Below are positions 1 to 9,430 of a DNA stretch of 40,446 nt, one piece after another. Where the stretch lies: NCBI GenBank assembly GCA_016178265.1, contig JACOTS010000052.1:1-40446 (forward strand), written 5' to 3'. The notes below the pieces were generated by a model. It did not search any database. It had not been told where the DNA came from and saw nothing but the letters and a program-made list of their open reading frames with translations. How positions within the stretch are numbered: position 1 is the stretch's first letter; each line of letters opens with the position of its first letter. The translations under genes and the position numbers were made by a program. The stretch comes from Candidatus Melainabacteria bacterium. GTDB taxonomy: Bacteria > Cyanobacteriota > Vampirovibrionia > 2-02-FULL-35-15.

Positions 1-322
1 AGACTTTGAGAGGCGGTCTCTGGAAACCCAGCCCTTAAAAAGGGCTGGGGGATTATAAATAAAGTATCAAACTGCTCGAAAGGGGTGTACTGCTGAGTGT
101 ATGAAATGTTAGAAAAATATTCTATTTTGCTAAGTAATTTTTGAGATAGCTTCAAATGATGTAACCAACGGTTACATAAATTTCTCCCACGCATTGTAAT
201 ATTTACACATGTTTGAAAAGCACTATCCAAACAGCAACCAATTATTTGGTTTACATTGCTTATTAACATTTTTAAGCAAGAGCAAACTTTATTGGCACAA
301 AATTGAACTAAGAGGAGATACA

Positions 323-421
323 ATGGTTGTAAAAGCAGAGCCGCCTAAAGGTGATATTGATATAAGAATTTTATATGTATATAAAAACGGAAAGGTAGAC
401 ACAGATGAACTTAGAAATTGA
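323..421 (+). CDS. small hypothetical ORF (32 aa; track ORF 209..421 trimmed to the internal ATG)
   Basis: ATG at 323 lies 5 nt after GAGGAG (312-317). The longer 209 start has no RBS. Overlaps the next ORF by 17 nt in a different frame. No recognisable family. Confidence 0.2.
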   Translation: MVVKAEPPKGDIDIRILYVYKNGKVDTDELRN

Positions 422-587
422 TTACACCAAATTATCAGAAAAAGAACTGAGAAGATTAATAACTAAAGATGATGATAAAGCATTAGATGAATTCACTAAA
501 CGTGTAGAAAGCGGAATAATCCAAAGAAAAAGATATTCTATTAAGCAATTAGAGAAAATGATTGAAAAAGTTAAAAAAGCATCATAA
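405..587 (+). CDS. small hypothetical protein (60 aa, charged, helical-looking)
   Basis: Track ORF with an ATG start, lying upstream of the yraN-like gene on the same strand. No family recognised. Confidence 0.3.
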   Translation: MNLEIDYTKLSEKELRRLITKDDDKALDEFTKRVESGIIQRKRYSIKQLEKMIEKVKKAS

Positions 588-595
588 ACAAAATT

Positions 596-952
596 ATGAA
601 AAGCGTTCATCTAGGTAAAGAATCTGAAAAGATTGCATGTGAGTATTTAAAGAAAAACAAATTTAAAATCTTGAATCAAAACTGGAGATCCGGAAGATTT
701 GGAGAAATTGACTTAATAGTAGAAGACATAAATACCAAAGAAATTGTATTTGTAGAGGTTAAATCACGTAAATCAAGTATTTCTGATGCAAAAGAGTTAG
801 TTACACAAGAAAAACAAACTAAGCTCTATAAATTAGCTAAAAGCTACCTATATTTGAATAAAAAACATGATTTACCTTGCAGGTTTGACGTCATTGCAAT
901 TAAAATAAATGACAAGGAGATAGAATTAGAGCATATTAAAAACGCCTTTTAA
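596..952 (+). CDS. yraN: YraN family (UPF0102) endonuclease-like protein
   Basis: 118 aa with GxxxExxAxxYL...GEIDLIV...VFVEVKSRK, the typical YraN/UPF0102 pattern. Confidence 0.75.
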   Translation: MKSVHLGKESEKIACEYLKKNKFKILNQNWRSGRFGEIDLIVEDINTKEIVFVEVKSRKSSISDAKELVTQEKQTKLYKLAKSYLYLNKKHDLPCRFDVIAIKINDKEIELEHIKNAF

Positions 953-961
953 TTCGTAATC

Positions 962-1747
962 ATGCAAGATATAATCCAACAATTAATTAAACAAGTGGAA
1001 GAAAACCAAAGGCTTTCTAGCAACACAAAACAAGCCTATAAAGGTGATTTATTAGAACTATTAGAATATATTCAAGAAACCAATACTGTAATTTCTGACA
1101 TTAACCAGACATGGACTAAAAACTATTTAAAGCACCTGGAAAAAACAAACAAAGAACGTAATTCATACAATAGGCGCGCTTCAACTTTTAGAACTTTTCT
1201 TAAGTTTTTGTACAAAAATAAGCTTGCTCCTACCAATTATTCACTTATAGTAAATAATCTGACAACTTTTACAAGATCATCTACTGATAACCTAGAGCCT
1301 GAAGATATAAAGAAAATTATTGGAAATACAAAGCTCAACAATAAGGACAAACTTATCCTTCTTTTTATAGGAAAACTGGGATTTACAGCAACACAAATTG
1401 CAGAAATAAAGACTTTTCAGGTGGATTTTGAAAAAAAAACAATAAGTTTATCCGATAATGAAAAAATATATTTGCCAAATGAAATATTTAATGAGCTTAG
1501 AGATTATATGGTAAATCAAAGAGCAAATGAAGTGGATAATAATACATTAAGTTTATTTCTCAATGAATCTAACGAGCCTGTCACTGAATTAGACATATAC
1601 AAGCTCATAAGAAATTTAAGTGCAGACTTAAAATTAGACAAAAAATTAACGGCACGAAATTTAAAGAGATCCTTTGACAATAGAATTGATGTTTTATCTA
1701 TGCAAAGAGAAATCTTTCAGGTAACCACCCCAAAAGATAAGTTTTAA
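962..1747 (+). CDS. tyrosine-recombinase-like protein (XerC/XerD fold) with substituted catalytic residues
   Basis: N-terminal core-binding (SAM-like) pattern (LSSNTKQAYKGDLLELLEY...RRASTFRTFLKFLY). The C-terminal domain aligns to the Xer catalytic domain. The GLR Arg reads GFT, HxLRH reads RNLKR, and the terminal IY reads IF. Confidence 0.65.
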   Translation: MQDIIQQLIKQVEENQRLSSNTKQAYKGDLLELLEYIQETNTVISDINQTWTKNYLKHLEKTNKERNSYNRRASTFRTFLKFLYKNKLAPTNYSLIVNNLTTFTRSSTDNLEPEDIKKIIGNTKLNNKDKLILLFIGKLGFTATQIAEIKTFQVDFEKKTISLSDNEKIYLPNEIFNELRDYMVNQRANEVDNNTLSLFLNESNEPVTELDIYKLIRNLSADLKLDKKLTARNLKRSFDNRIDVLSMQREIFQVTTPKDKF

Positions 1748-1779
1748 GCTTCAAGAAAGAATTTTGCTATAATCTAGCT

Positions 1780-2592
1780 ATGCCAAAAGAAATCAAAGTA
1801 TTAGTTTGCGGTGCCGCAGGCAAAATGGGCAAAAGTGTTGTAAAAGCTGTTACCGCAGAAACTGGGTTTAAGCTTGTTTCTGCTGTAGATAGAAGAGAAA
1901 ATCCTGATATCGGAAAAGATATTGGTATCATAAGTGGCATAGATAAAGTTAATGTTAAACTTTCAGGTGATTTAAAAGAAGCTATTTCAAAAACCTCTCC
2001 TGATGTAATGGTTGATTTTACAATGCCTGAAATAGTATTCACGAATACCGAGATTTCATTAAAATCAGGAGTAAGAGCTGTTGTTGGTACTACAGGAATG
2101 TCAAAAGAAGATATAAATGAACTTGCAAAAATTGCAAAACAAAACGGCATTGGTGCAGTCGTTGCCCCTAATTTTGCAATTGGCGCAGTACTAATGATGA
2201 GGTTTGCAAAAGATGCAAGTAAGTATTTTGATAATGCTGAAATTATTGAGTTTCATGGTCATAAAAAATTAGATGCTCCAAGTGGTACTGCTATAAAAAC
2301 CGCAGAGCTTATGACAGAAGCAAGAAAAGAATTTGGAAAAGATACAATAAAAGGAAAAGAAACTTTTCCGGGTGCAAGGGGAAGTAAAGGACCTGGCAAT
2401 CTACATATTCACAGTGTCAGGCTTCCATCACTTGTTGCACATCAAGAAGTTATCTTAGCCGGTTTAGGCCAAACTTTAACTATAAGACATGATAGCTTTG
2501 ACAGAACTTCTTTTATGCCAGGTGTTCTTATGGCAATAAAAAAAGTTATGCAAATTGACCATCTTATTTACGGACTAGAAAATATTATTTAG
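1780..2592 (+). CDS. dapB: 4-hydroxy-tetrahydrodipicolinate reductase
   Basis: N-terminal GAAGKMG Rossmann motif and the EFHGHKKLDAPSGTA signature. Confidence 0.9.
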   Translation: MPKEIKVLVCGAAGKMGKSVVKAVTAETGFKLVSAVDRRENPDIGKDIGIISGIDKVNVKLSGDLKEAISKTSPDVMVDFTMPEIVFTNTEISLKSGVRAVVGTTGMSKEDINELAKIAKQNGIGAVVAPNFAIGAVLMMRFAKDASKYFDNAEIIEFHGHKKLDAPSGTAIKTAELMTEARKEFGKDTIKGKETFPGARGSKGPGNLHIHSVRLPSLVAHQEVILAGLGQTLTIRHDSFDRTSFMPGVLMAIKKVMQIDHLIYGLENII

Positions 2593-3778
2593 AATTATCT
2601 TTTAGAATAAACATTCCATCTTTTACTTCATAAATTGCAAATCCAGGGCCTTCTAAATCCCCTTTTGAATTAAAAGATAACTTTCCTAAAGCACCATTAA
2701 ATTCATTTATGTTTTGAATTTCCTTAGCTATCTTATCCGAACTTTTCTCTTTTACTTTTTCTATAGCAGAGATAAGTATATTAGTAGCATCATATGCTGC
2801 TGCTGAATAACTTCCAAGTTCTTTTTTGTATTTCTGCTTATATTTTTCTACAAATGACCCATCTTTTACCGGAAGTGATGAGATAACTAAGGCTCCCTGT
2901 GCTGCTTCACTGGCACAATCTATGAACTCTTGATCAAACACTCCTTCGCTTCCAACAAAAGCCGTTGTAAGTCCTGACTCTCTAAGTTCTTTTAGAAACT
3001 TTCCAGCATCACCATATTCTCCAACAAAAAATATTACTTCCGGAGATTTTTCAGTAACTAGTTTTACCTCTGAAGAATAGTCACTTTTTCCAACTCTATA
3101 TTTTTCATACAAAATAACATCAGGTGCGGTTTCTGAATCTTTACTCAATCTTCCTAAAAATTCAGATGCAAGGCTTGAACCATAAGGTCTGTTATTGTAT
3201 AAAACTCCTATCTTTTTAAATCCTTTTTCTTGAATAAGATCAGCTAATATTTCTCCTTGTTTATCATCCCTTCCTATGGTCCTAAAAACATAGCCTTTTA
3301 CTGCATCCCTTTCAGTAAAAATTGGACTTGTTGAACCTGGTGAAATTTGAGGAATTTTTGCTTTTGCATATATTTCAGAAGCAGGAATTGAAATATCAGA
3401 GTTTAGATGTCCAATTACCCCAAGTACCATAGCATCAACCAAGTCTCTTGCTCTCCAAGTGGCATCTCCAGGAAGCCCCCCATCATCAACTTTTATAAGT
3501 TCAATCTGTTTGCCATTTATTCCACCCTTTTCATTTTTTATATCCACTGCAAGTTCTGCACCTCTAATTATTGAAAGTCCTAGGGCTTGATATGGTCCTA
3601 TTTGAGGAGCAACTACAGCAATTTTATAAATACTCTCATCTTTTTTTTCAACTTCAGCTTGAGTATTATTGGGTTTCTCTTTTACTTGAGATTTTTGATT
3701 TTTATGACATGCCGAAAGAATAGTTAAAGCAAAAACAAGTGAAAGTAAAATTAAACTTAATCTACCAGCTTTTATCAT
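2585..3778 (-). CDS. ABC-type branched-chain amino acid binding lipoprotein (LivK/PBP type 1 family)
   Basis: Lipoprotein signal (LSAC). YKIAVVAPQIGPY...GGINGKQIELIKVDDGG is typical of Leu/Ile/Val-binding proteins. Paralogue of the next gene. Confidence 0.8.
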   Translation of the reverse strand: MIKAGRLSLILLSLVFALTILSACHKNQKSQVKEKPNNTQAEVEKKDESIYKIAVVAPQIGPYQALGLSIIRGAELAVDIKNEKGGINGKQIELIKVDDGGLPGDATWRARDLVDAMVLGVIGHLNSDISIPASEIYAKAKIPQISPGSTSPIFTERDAVKGYVFRTIGRDDKQGEILADLIQEKGFKKIGVLYNNRPYGSSLASEFLGRLSKDSETAPDVILYEKYRVGKSDYSSEVKLVTEKSPEVIFFVGEYGDAGKFLKELRESGLTTAFVGSEGVFDQEFIDCASEAAQGALVISSLPVKDGSFVEKYKQKYKKELGSYSAAAYDATNILISAIEKVKEKSSDKIAKEIQNINEFNGALGKLSFNSKGDLEGPGFAIYEVKDGMFILKDNSK

Positions 3779-4935
3779 TATGTTTCACTTTTCTCCTTTT
3801 CTAATTTTAAAACTTGAAATTTCCCCTCTATAACTTTGCTTAAAACAAAACCCGGAGAAACAATATCTCCTTTTTCATCAAATGTTATAGAACCAGTAAC
3901 ACCAGGGAAGTCTTTAGTCTGAGCTACTTCTTGAGCAATTTTTTTCGAATCTTTTTCCCCAACTTTTCTAATTGCTTCTATTAATATATTGGTTGCATCG
4001 TATGAATTTGCTGAATAGCCTGTTGGAGGCTCACCAAATTCTTCTTTGTACTTTTTAATAAAGTCTTCATTAATTATTTGAGGGACTGAAATAGCAAGCG
4101 CTCCTTCAGTATTAATTCCACCAATCTTTATAAAATCCGGGTGATCAATGCCATCTCCACCAATAAATTGAGTTTTTTCTAAACCATACTTTGGAAAATC
4201 TTTAATTAAATGCCCTGCATCATCATGCTCTCCTGCAAGAAAAACAACATCTGGATTATTAGATGCTACCTGAGACAAAAGCGCACCGTAGTCAGTTTGA
4301 CCAACTTGAATCATGCTATAAAAGACTATTTGAGGACGTTCTCCGCTTGCAGGTAAAACCTTAATAGCTTTTGCAAATTCCCCCGCTAATGTTCTACCGT
4401 AGGCTCTGTCATTGTATAAAATCGCTACTCTCTTAAAATTATTGTTTATCACATAACTAGCAGCAATCTTGCCTTGTGTATCATCTCTTCCTATTGTTCT
4501 AAAAACATAACCTTTAGCTGCTTCTCTTTCGGTAAAATACGGGCTTGTTGTCCCCGGACTAATCTGAGGTATATTTGCTCTGGTATAAAACTCAGAAGCA
4601 GGAATTGAAATATCAGAGTTTAAGTGCCCAATTACACCAAGTACCATATCTGTTCTGGTTAACCTATATGCAAAGAAAGCTCCTTCTCCAACAAGACCAC
4701 CATCATCTTCTTTAATTAAAACAATCTCTTTACCATTAACACCATTTGTTTCATTAGCTTCTTTCACAGCAAGCTCGGCACCATTTACAATTGATTTTCC
4801 TAAAATAGAATAGGGCCCACTAAGAGGAGAAATAACAGCAATTTTATAAATATCTTTTGGATATTTTGGCTGCAGGCAACCTGAAGTAGAAAACATCAAC
4901 AAAATAATCAGTAAAAAATTTAAGGTCTTACTCAT
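3778..4935 (-). CDS. ABC-type branched-chain amino acid binding lipoprotein, tandem paralogue
   Basis: Same family and the same conserved blocks (VIGHLNSDISIPASE, GYVFRTIGRDD). The MSKTLNF start at 4935 is preferred over the track start at 4953. Its stop overlaps the downstream start by 1 nt (TAATG). Confidence 0.8.
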   Translation of the reverse strand: MSKTLNFLLIILLMFSTSGCLQPKYPKDIYKIAVISPLSGPYSILGKSIVNGAELAVKEANETNGVNGKEIVLIKEDDGGLVGEGAFFAYRLTRTDMVLGVIGHLNSDISIPASEFYTRANIPQISPGTTSPYFTEREAAKGYVFRTIGRDDTQGKIAASYVINNNFKRVAILYNDRAYGRTLAGEFAKAIKVLPASGERPQIVFYSMIQVGQTDYGALLSQVASNNPDVVFLAGEHDDAGHLIKDFPKYGLEKTQFIGGDGIDHPDFIKIGGINTEGALAISVPQIINEDFIKKYKEEFGEPPTGYSANSYDATNILIEAIRKVGEKDSKKIAQEVAQTKDFPGVTGSITFDEKGDIVSPGFVLSKVIEGKFQVLKLEKEKSET

Positions 4936-4942
4936 ATAAATG

Positions 4943-5863
4943 CTAATTATCAACCCCTTTTCTAATTCTATCTAATTCCTCAGAAGAAGTAATAAGCTTA
5001 ACAGGCAAAAATCCTTCTTGAACAACCACATCTTGTCCTTCGGGACTTAAAACATAATAAATGTAAGCAAGCCCAATGTCCGTTGAATCCTTTTTTATTG
5101 CATAATATAAGTCTCTAAACAAAGGATACTCTCCTTTATAAGCTGCTGCATAAGATGGGACTACTTTATTAACTGAAATTGCTTTAACCTTATTATCAAG
5201 ATAATTAAATGGCAAATAACCAAGTCCATATTTCAAGTTAGCAATATTTGCTTTCATTTCCGAACTAGAGTTGACTACCACTGATTGCAAAGTGATTGGT
5301 GTGCCGGGCTTATTTTCTTCTTTAGATTTACCCATAACTAATTCCATAATTGCAGCTCTTGTTCCTGCGCCAGCAGAATCATTAATAAGAAGTATTGGCT
5401 TATCAAACGGCAAGCCAAGTTCTTTCCAATTTATAATTTCTCCTGAAAGAACCTTTCTTAGATCTTCTATTGAAATATCTTTTATTGGATTTGAGGGATG
5501 AACTACAATAGCAATAGCATCACGTGCTATAACAAATGGTTTTAATTCTTGTTGTTCATCAAAAGACAGTTTTCTTGAACTTGCACCAACATGTGCAATA
5601 TTGTTAAGTACTGCGTTAATCCCTGCTGTTGAGCCACCGCCTTGTACTAACACTTCAACCCCAACCTCTTTTCTATAATTAGTAGCAAGATGTTCAGAAA
5701 GAGGAAGCAAGGTTGTTGATCCTACCAGTACTAGTCTAGGGGACTTAGCAAAGGACTGAGTACATAGGATTGAGAATTGAGTTAAAAGTGCAAATACTAA
5801 TAAAATAGTGGATATGATTATTAATTTTCTCTTGTTAAATCTTAATCGCTTAATTCTCATCAT
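4943..5863 (-). CDS. pstS: PstS-family phosphate-binding protein (PBP type 2)
   Basis: Signal/TM segment, then VGSTTLLPL ... VQGGGSTAGI motifs of PstS-like binding proteins. No pstCAB genes are adjacent. Confidence 0.7.
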   Translation of the reverse strand: MMRIKRLRFNKRKLIIISTILLVFALLTQFSILCTQSFAKSPRLVLVGSTTLLPLSEHLATNYRKEVGVEVLVQGGGSTAGINAVLNNIAHVGASSRKLSFDEQQELKPFVIARDAIAIVVHPSNPIKDISIEDLRKVLSGEIINWKELGLPFDKPILLINDSAGAGTRAAIMELVMGKSKEENKPGTPITLQSVVVNSSSEMKANIANLKYGLGYLPFNYLDNKVKAISVNKVVPSYAAAYKGEYPLFRDLYYAIKKDSTDIGLAYIYYVLSPEGQDVVVQEGFLPVKLITSSEELDRIRKGVDN

Positions 5864-5894
5864 CCAATCCTCAATCCCATTATAATAGAAATCA

Positions 5895-7649
5895 ATGCTA
5901 ACTCAACTTACCATTTCAAACTTTGCGATAATTGATGAACTAGAAATTAATTTTAATAGTGGTTTGATCGTACTAACAGGTGAAACAGGTGCAGGAAAAT
6001 CAATAATTATAGATGCATTGGATTTTTTATTGGGGGCAAGGGGAAGCTTAGATTTTATAAAAAATGGTACAAGCAAAGCAAAGGTAGAAGGGATTTTTGA
6101 AATTAGTGACAAACTTTCAAGAATCTTACATAATTGGTTTAAAGAAAATGGTTTTGATGAGCTCGATAGTCAAAATCAATTAATAATCTCAAGAGAATTA
6201 TCACAAAATGGCTCTAAAGCAAAAATTAATGGTTCAATTGCTAATCTTTCACATCTTACCTATGTCAGGGAATATATTTTTGATATTCACGAACAAAGCA
6301 GTCATATTGATTTGCTAAAGATTGAAAAGCAAATTGAAATATTTGATTCTTTCGGAGATATTAGCCATCAAAAGCTTTTAAGTAGTTACAGAAATTTATT
6401 TGAAGAATTTACAATCATAAAAAATAGGCTAAACAGTCTTACAGAAAGCTCAGAAGAAATTGCAAAAAAAATGGATTTCTTAAAATTTCAAATAAATGAA
6501 ATAGAAGAAGCAAATATAAGTGATTTAAAAGAAGAAGAAACCTTGCTTGAACAAAGGAAAAAGCTATTAAACAGCAAAGAACTGTATGACAATGCTTCAA
6601 AAATAAATGAGTTAATAAGTGGCGAAAATCCTTATAACCTAACAAAGCTACTTACAGAAATCAAAAAACTAATTGCAAGCTCAAGCTCTTTTGACATATT
6701 GTTTGAGCCTTATAAAGAAGTTATTGAATCTGCTAGTGATAGCATGAAAGATTTATCCTCATTTACATCAAGTTACACAGAAACCATTCAAGAGCCTGGT
6801 GAAAACTTAGATGAAATAGAAGATAGGCTTGATACTTTTTACAGACTAAAGAAAAAATACGGAAATACTCTTAAAGATATAAAAGGATCTTTAGAAAAAA
6901 TGGAAGATGAACTAACAACATATACAGATCCAAGAAAATCTAAAGAAAGTTTAGAAAAGGAATATAAACAAAGAGAAGAAGAGATTAATCTGCTTGCAGA
7001 CAAATTAACCAGATCAAGAGAAAAGCTAGCACAAGAATTTGTAAATAAAGTTAATGAGGAGCTTTTAACTTTAGGATTTAAAAGTAAAAACAGCTCAAGT
7101 AATTTTCCTTTATTTGTAGTTGAGTTCTTAGATTGTCCTTTAAGCAAATGTGGCAAGGAACAAATTCAATTTTTGTTTACAGCAAATCCTGATGAAGAGC
7201 CAAAACCCTTGTTAAAAGTAGCATCTGGTGGTGAGCTTTCCCGAATAATGCTTGCAATTAAGTCACTTGTAGGTTCTTTTGGATTTATAAATACAAAAAC
7301 CATGGTTTTAGATGAAATAGATATTGGGATAAGTGGAGAAATTGCATCTTCTGTAGCAAAAAAATTGTATAAGATTTCAAGAAGCAATCAAGTTATTTGC
7401 ATAACACATCAACCCATTGTTGCAGCAATGGCTGATGAACATTTTGAGGTAATAAAAGAGATAGAAGATGGTACTACTTTTGTCAATATAAGGCAACTAG
7501 CAAATGATGAAAGATGGAATGCCTTAGTTTCACTACTTGCACCAGAGTTAAAATCAAAAGAAATTTCTCATGATGCAAAACAATATGCAAAATCTCTGTT
7601 AGATAATGCAAATAAAATAAAAAACAAAAAAGAAGATGCATTAATATGA
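5895..7649 (+). CDS. recN: DNA repair protein RecN
   Basis: N-terminal Walker A (GETGAGKS), long coiled-coil middle, C-terminal SGGELSRIMLAIK signature and Walker B (LDEID). Confidence 0.9.
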   Translation: MLTQLTISNFAIIDELEINFNSGLIVLTGETGAGKSIIIDALDFLLGARGSLDFIKNGTSKAKVEGIFEISDKLSRILHNWFKENGFDELDSQNQLIISRELSQNGSKAKINGSIANLSHLTYVREYIFDIHEQSSHIDLLKIEKQIEIFDSFGDISHQKLLSSYRNLFEEFTIIKNRLNSLTESSEEIAKKMDFLKFQINEIEEANISDLKEEETLLEQRKKLLNSKELYDNASKINELISGENPYNLTKLLTEIKKLIASSSSFDILFEPYKEVIESASDSMKDLSSFTSSYTETIQEPGENLDEIEDRLDTFYRLKKKYGNTLKDIKGSLEKMEDELTTYTDPRKSKESLEKEYKQREEEINLLADKLTRSREKLAQEFVNKVNEELLTLGFKSKNSSSNFPLFVVEFLDCPLSKCGKEQIQFLFTANPDEEPKPLLKVASGGELSRIMLAIKSLVGSFGFINTKTMVLDEIDIGISGEIASSVAKKLYKISRSNQVICITHQPIVAAMADEHFEVIKEIEDGTTFVNIRQLANDERWNALVSLLAPELKSKEISHDAKQYAKSLLDNANKIKNKKEDALI

Positions 7650-7659
7650 GGGAGGGAAT

Positions 7660-8325
7660 ATGAAAGAGATAAACATTATTTTTTTTGGACCCCCAGGAGC
7701 TGGCAAAGGTACGCAAGCTCAAAAAGTATCTTCTGAAATTAACCTGCCTCATATAGATACTGGCTCTTTAATAAGAGATGCTATTAAAAAAGAATCGACC
7801 TTAGGCAAAAAAGCCAAAGAGTTTGTTGAGTCGGGGAATTTAGTACCTGATGAACTTGTAATTGATCTTATTGGAGAAAAATTATCAACAATTAAAAATG
7901 GCTCATTTAAAGGATTTATCCTCGATGGATTTCCAAGAACTATCCCTCAAGCAGACGCATTAAAAAATCTAATGAAGACAATGAAACTTCACAAGCCAAC
8001 AGTTATAAATGTTCAAGCACCCGATGAAATATTAGTTACAAGGCTAAGTGCAAGAAGACTTTGTTCAAACAAAGCTTGTGGTGCTATTTACAATTTAATT
8101 TCAAAAAAACCAATAGTAGAAGGAAAATGTGATGTTTGCAAATCTGATTTATATCAAAGAAAAGATGATACAAAAGAAGCTTGCACACAAAGACTTAAAG
8201 AGTACTATACAAAAACCGCTCCGCTTGAGGAATATTATAGAAAGCAAGAATTGCTTATAAATGTTGATGGTACAAAGGGTTCAGCCGAAGTATATAAACA
8301 AATAATTAATGAGCTAGAAATTTAA
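7660..8325 (+). CDS. adk: adenylate kinase (zinc-lid type)
   Basis: GPPGAGKGTQ P-loop and a Cys4 lid (CSNKACG...CDVCKS). RBS GGAGGG upstream. Confidence 0.95.
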   Translation: MKEINIIFFGPPGAGKGTQAQKVSSEINLPHIDTGSLIRDAIKKESTLGKKAKEFVESGNLVPDELVIDLIGEKLSTIKNGSFKGFILDGFPRTIPQADALKNLMKTMKLHKPTVINVQAPDEILVTRLSARRLCSNKACGAIYNLISKKPIVEGKCDVCKSDLYQRKDDTKEACTQRLKEYYTKTAPLEEYYRKQELLINVDGTKGSAEVYKQIINELEI

Positions 8326-8351
8326 AATGCAACATTTGCTATTATTAATGC

Positions 8352-9146
8352 ATGCCAATAACTATTTATGAAAAAGATCAATTTGAATTAATAAAAAAAG
8401 CAGGTAGACTTGCCGGGGAAGCAAGAGACCTTGCATGTAAACTAGCTAAACCAGGTACCAGTACATGGGCAATTGATCAAGAAGTAGAAAAATGGATTAG
8501 GGATCAAGGTGCAATACCTACCTTTAAAGGATATATGGGGTTCCCGGGTTCTGTATGCGTATCAATCAATCATGAGGTGGTTCATGGTATCCCAAATAAA
8601 AACAGAATATTAACAGAAGGGGATATAGTTAGTTTTGATGTAGGTGTTACTGTAAAAGAAAAGTTCAATGGGAGTGAGTGGAATTATATTGGGGATACAG
8701 CACGAACTGTGCCGGTAGGAGAAATAACCCCTCAAATACAAAAGTTGCTTGAGGCAACAAACACTGCTCTTTTTAAAGGTATTGAAGTATGTAAAAGCGG
8801 TAACACAATAAAAAATATTTCTGAAGCTGTTTGCAATATTGCAAAAAAAGACAACTTTGGAATAGTAAGAATGTTTGGTGGGCATGGGGTAGGCACAAAT
8901 TATCATGAAGAACCTTTTATACCTAACTGGCCTGAATATTTCATGCAAACACCAGATACTGATATTAAAACAGGGATGCTTCTTTGCATTGAACCAATGT
9001 TCAACCTAGGATCAGATGATGTGAGAAAGCTTAAAGATAACTGGACAATTGTCACTGCAGACCATAAGCTGTCAGCACACTTTGAACATACTATATTGAT
9101 AACAGAAGAAGGGCCATGTATCACAACTAAAACTAAGGAAAATTAG
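8352..9146 (+). CDS. map: methionine aminopeptidase type I
   Basis: Pita-bread fold motifs (VCVSINHEVVHGIP, FDVG, GHGVG, EPM, EHT). Confidence 0.95.
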   Translation: MPITIYEKDQFELIKKAGRLAGEARDLACKLAKPGTSTWAIDQEVEKWIRDQGAIPTFKGYMGFPGSVCVSINHEVVHGIPNKNRILTEGDIVSFDVGVTVKEKFNGSEWNYIGDTARTVPVGEITPQIQKLLEATNTALFKGIEVCKSGNTIKNISEAVCNIAKKDNFGIVRMFGGHGVGTNYHEEPFIPNWPEYFMQTPDTDIKTGMLLCIEPMFNLGSDDVRKLKDNWTIVTADHKLSAHFEHTILITEEGPCITTKTKEN

Positions 9147-9151
9147 ACTAT

Positions 9152-9160
9152 TGGTATAAT
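9152..9160 (+). promoter_or_regulatory. extended -10 promoter candidate (TGGTATAAT) for infA
   Basis: Perfect TGnTATAAT at 9152-9160, just after the map stop. The preferred infA ATG (9168) is only 8 nt downstream, so the transcript would be leaderless or nearly so. Confidence 0.35.
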
Positions 9161-9167
9161 GTTATCC

Positions 9168-9425
9168 ATGCCAAAAGATACTATTGAATTTGAAGGAGTG
9201 ATAAAAGAATCATTACCCAATGCAATGTTTAGAGTAGCACTTGACAATGGGCATTTAGTATTAGCACATGTATCTGGAAAAATAAGGAAACACTTTATTA
9301 AAATACTACCTGGAGATAGGGTAAAAGTAGAGCTTACTCCTTACGATTTAAATAGAGGTAGAATAATTTACCGTGTTCAAGAAAAAAGAAGGGGAGCCGG
9401 GTTATCAGAAGAAAATGAGAATTAG
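9168..9425 (+). CDS. infA: translation initiation factor IF-1 with a ~13-aa C-terminal extension
   Basis: [11 protein letters not shown]...MFRV...[14 protein letters not shown]...[14 protein letters not shown] is classic IF-1. The track start at 9159 is in frame 9 nt upstream. The tail [14 protein letters not shown] runs into repeat-like DNA. Confidence 0.9.
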   Translation: MPKDTIEFEGVIKESLPNAMFRVALDNGHLVLAHVSGKIRKHFIKILPGDRVKVELTPYDLNRGRIIYRVQEKRRGAGLSEENEN

Positions 9426-9430
9426 AGGTC

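Noticed and set aside
7-20. 14-mer TGAGAGGCGGTCTC shared with 29949..29962 (inside the haloperoxidase-like gene)
   Set aside because: A single short exact match with no extended similarity. Many 13-14-mer coincidences are expected in 40 kb when both strands are compared.
27-49. Hairpin CCCAGCCC-TTAAAAA-GGGCTGGG at the window edge as a terminator
   Set aside because: No U-run follows on the plus strand and only UUUCC follows on the minus strand. The relevant upstream gene is outside the window, so function cannot be judged.
1767-2150. Antisense shadow ORFs throughout the track (for example 1767..2150, 5271..5501, 8610..8948, 11396..11680, 13234..13692, 25304..25540, 31152..31394, 36633..37163, 38829..39053)
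   Set aside because: Each lies entirely within, and opposite to, a longer ORF with clear homology or better coding signal. Their sequences are low-complexity and lack RBSs.
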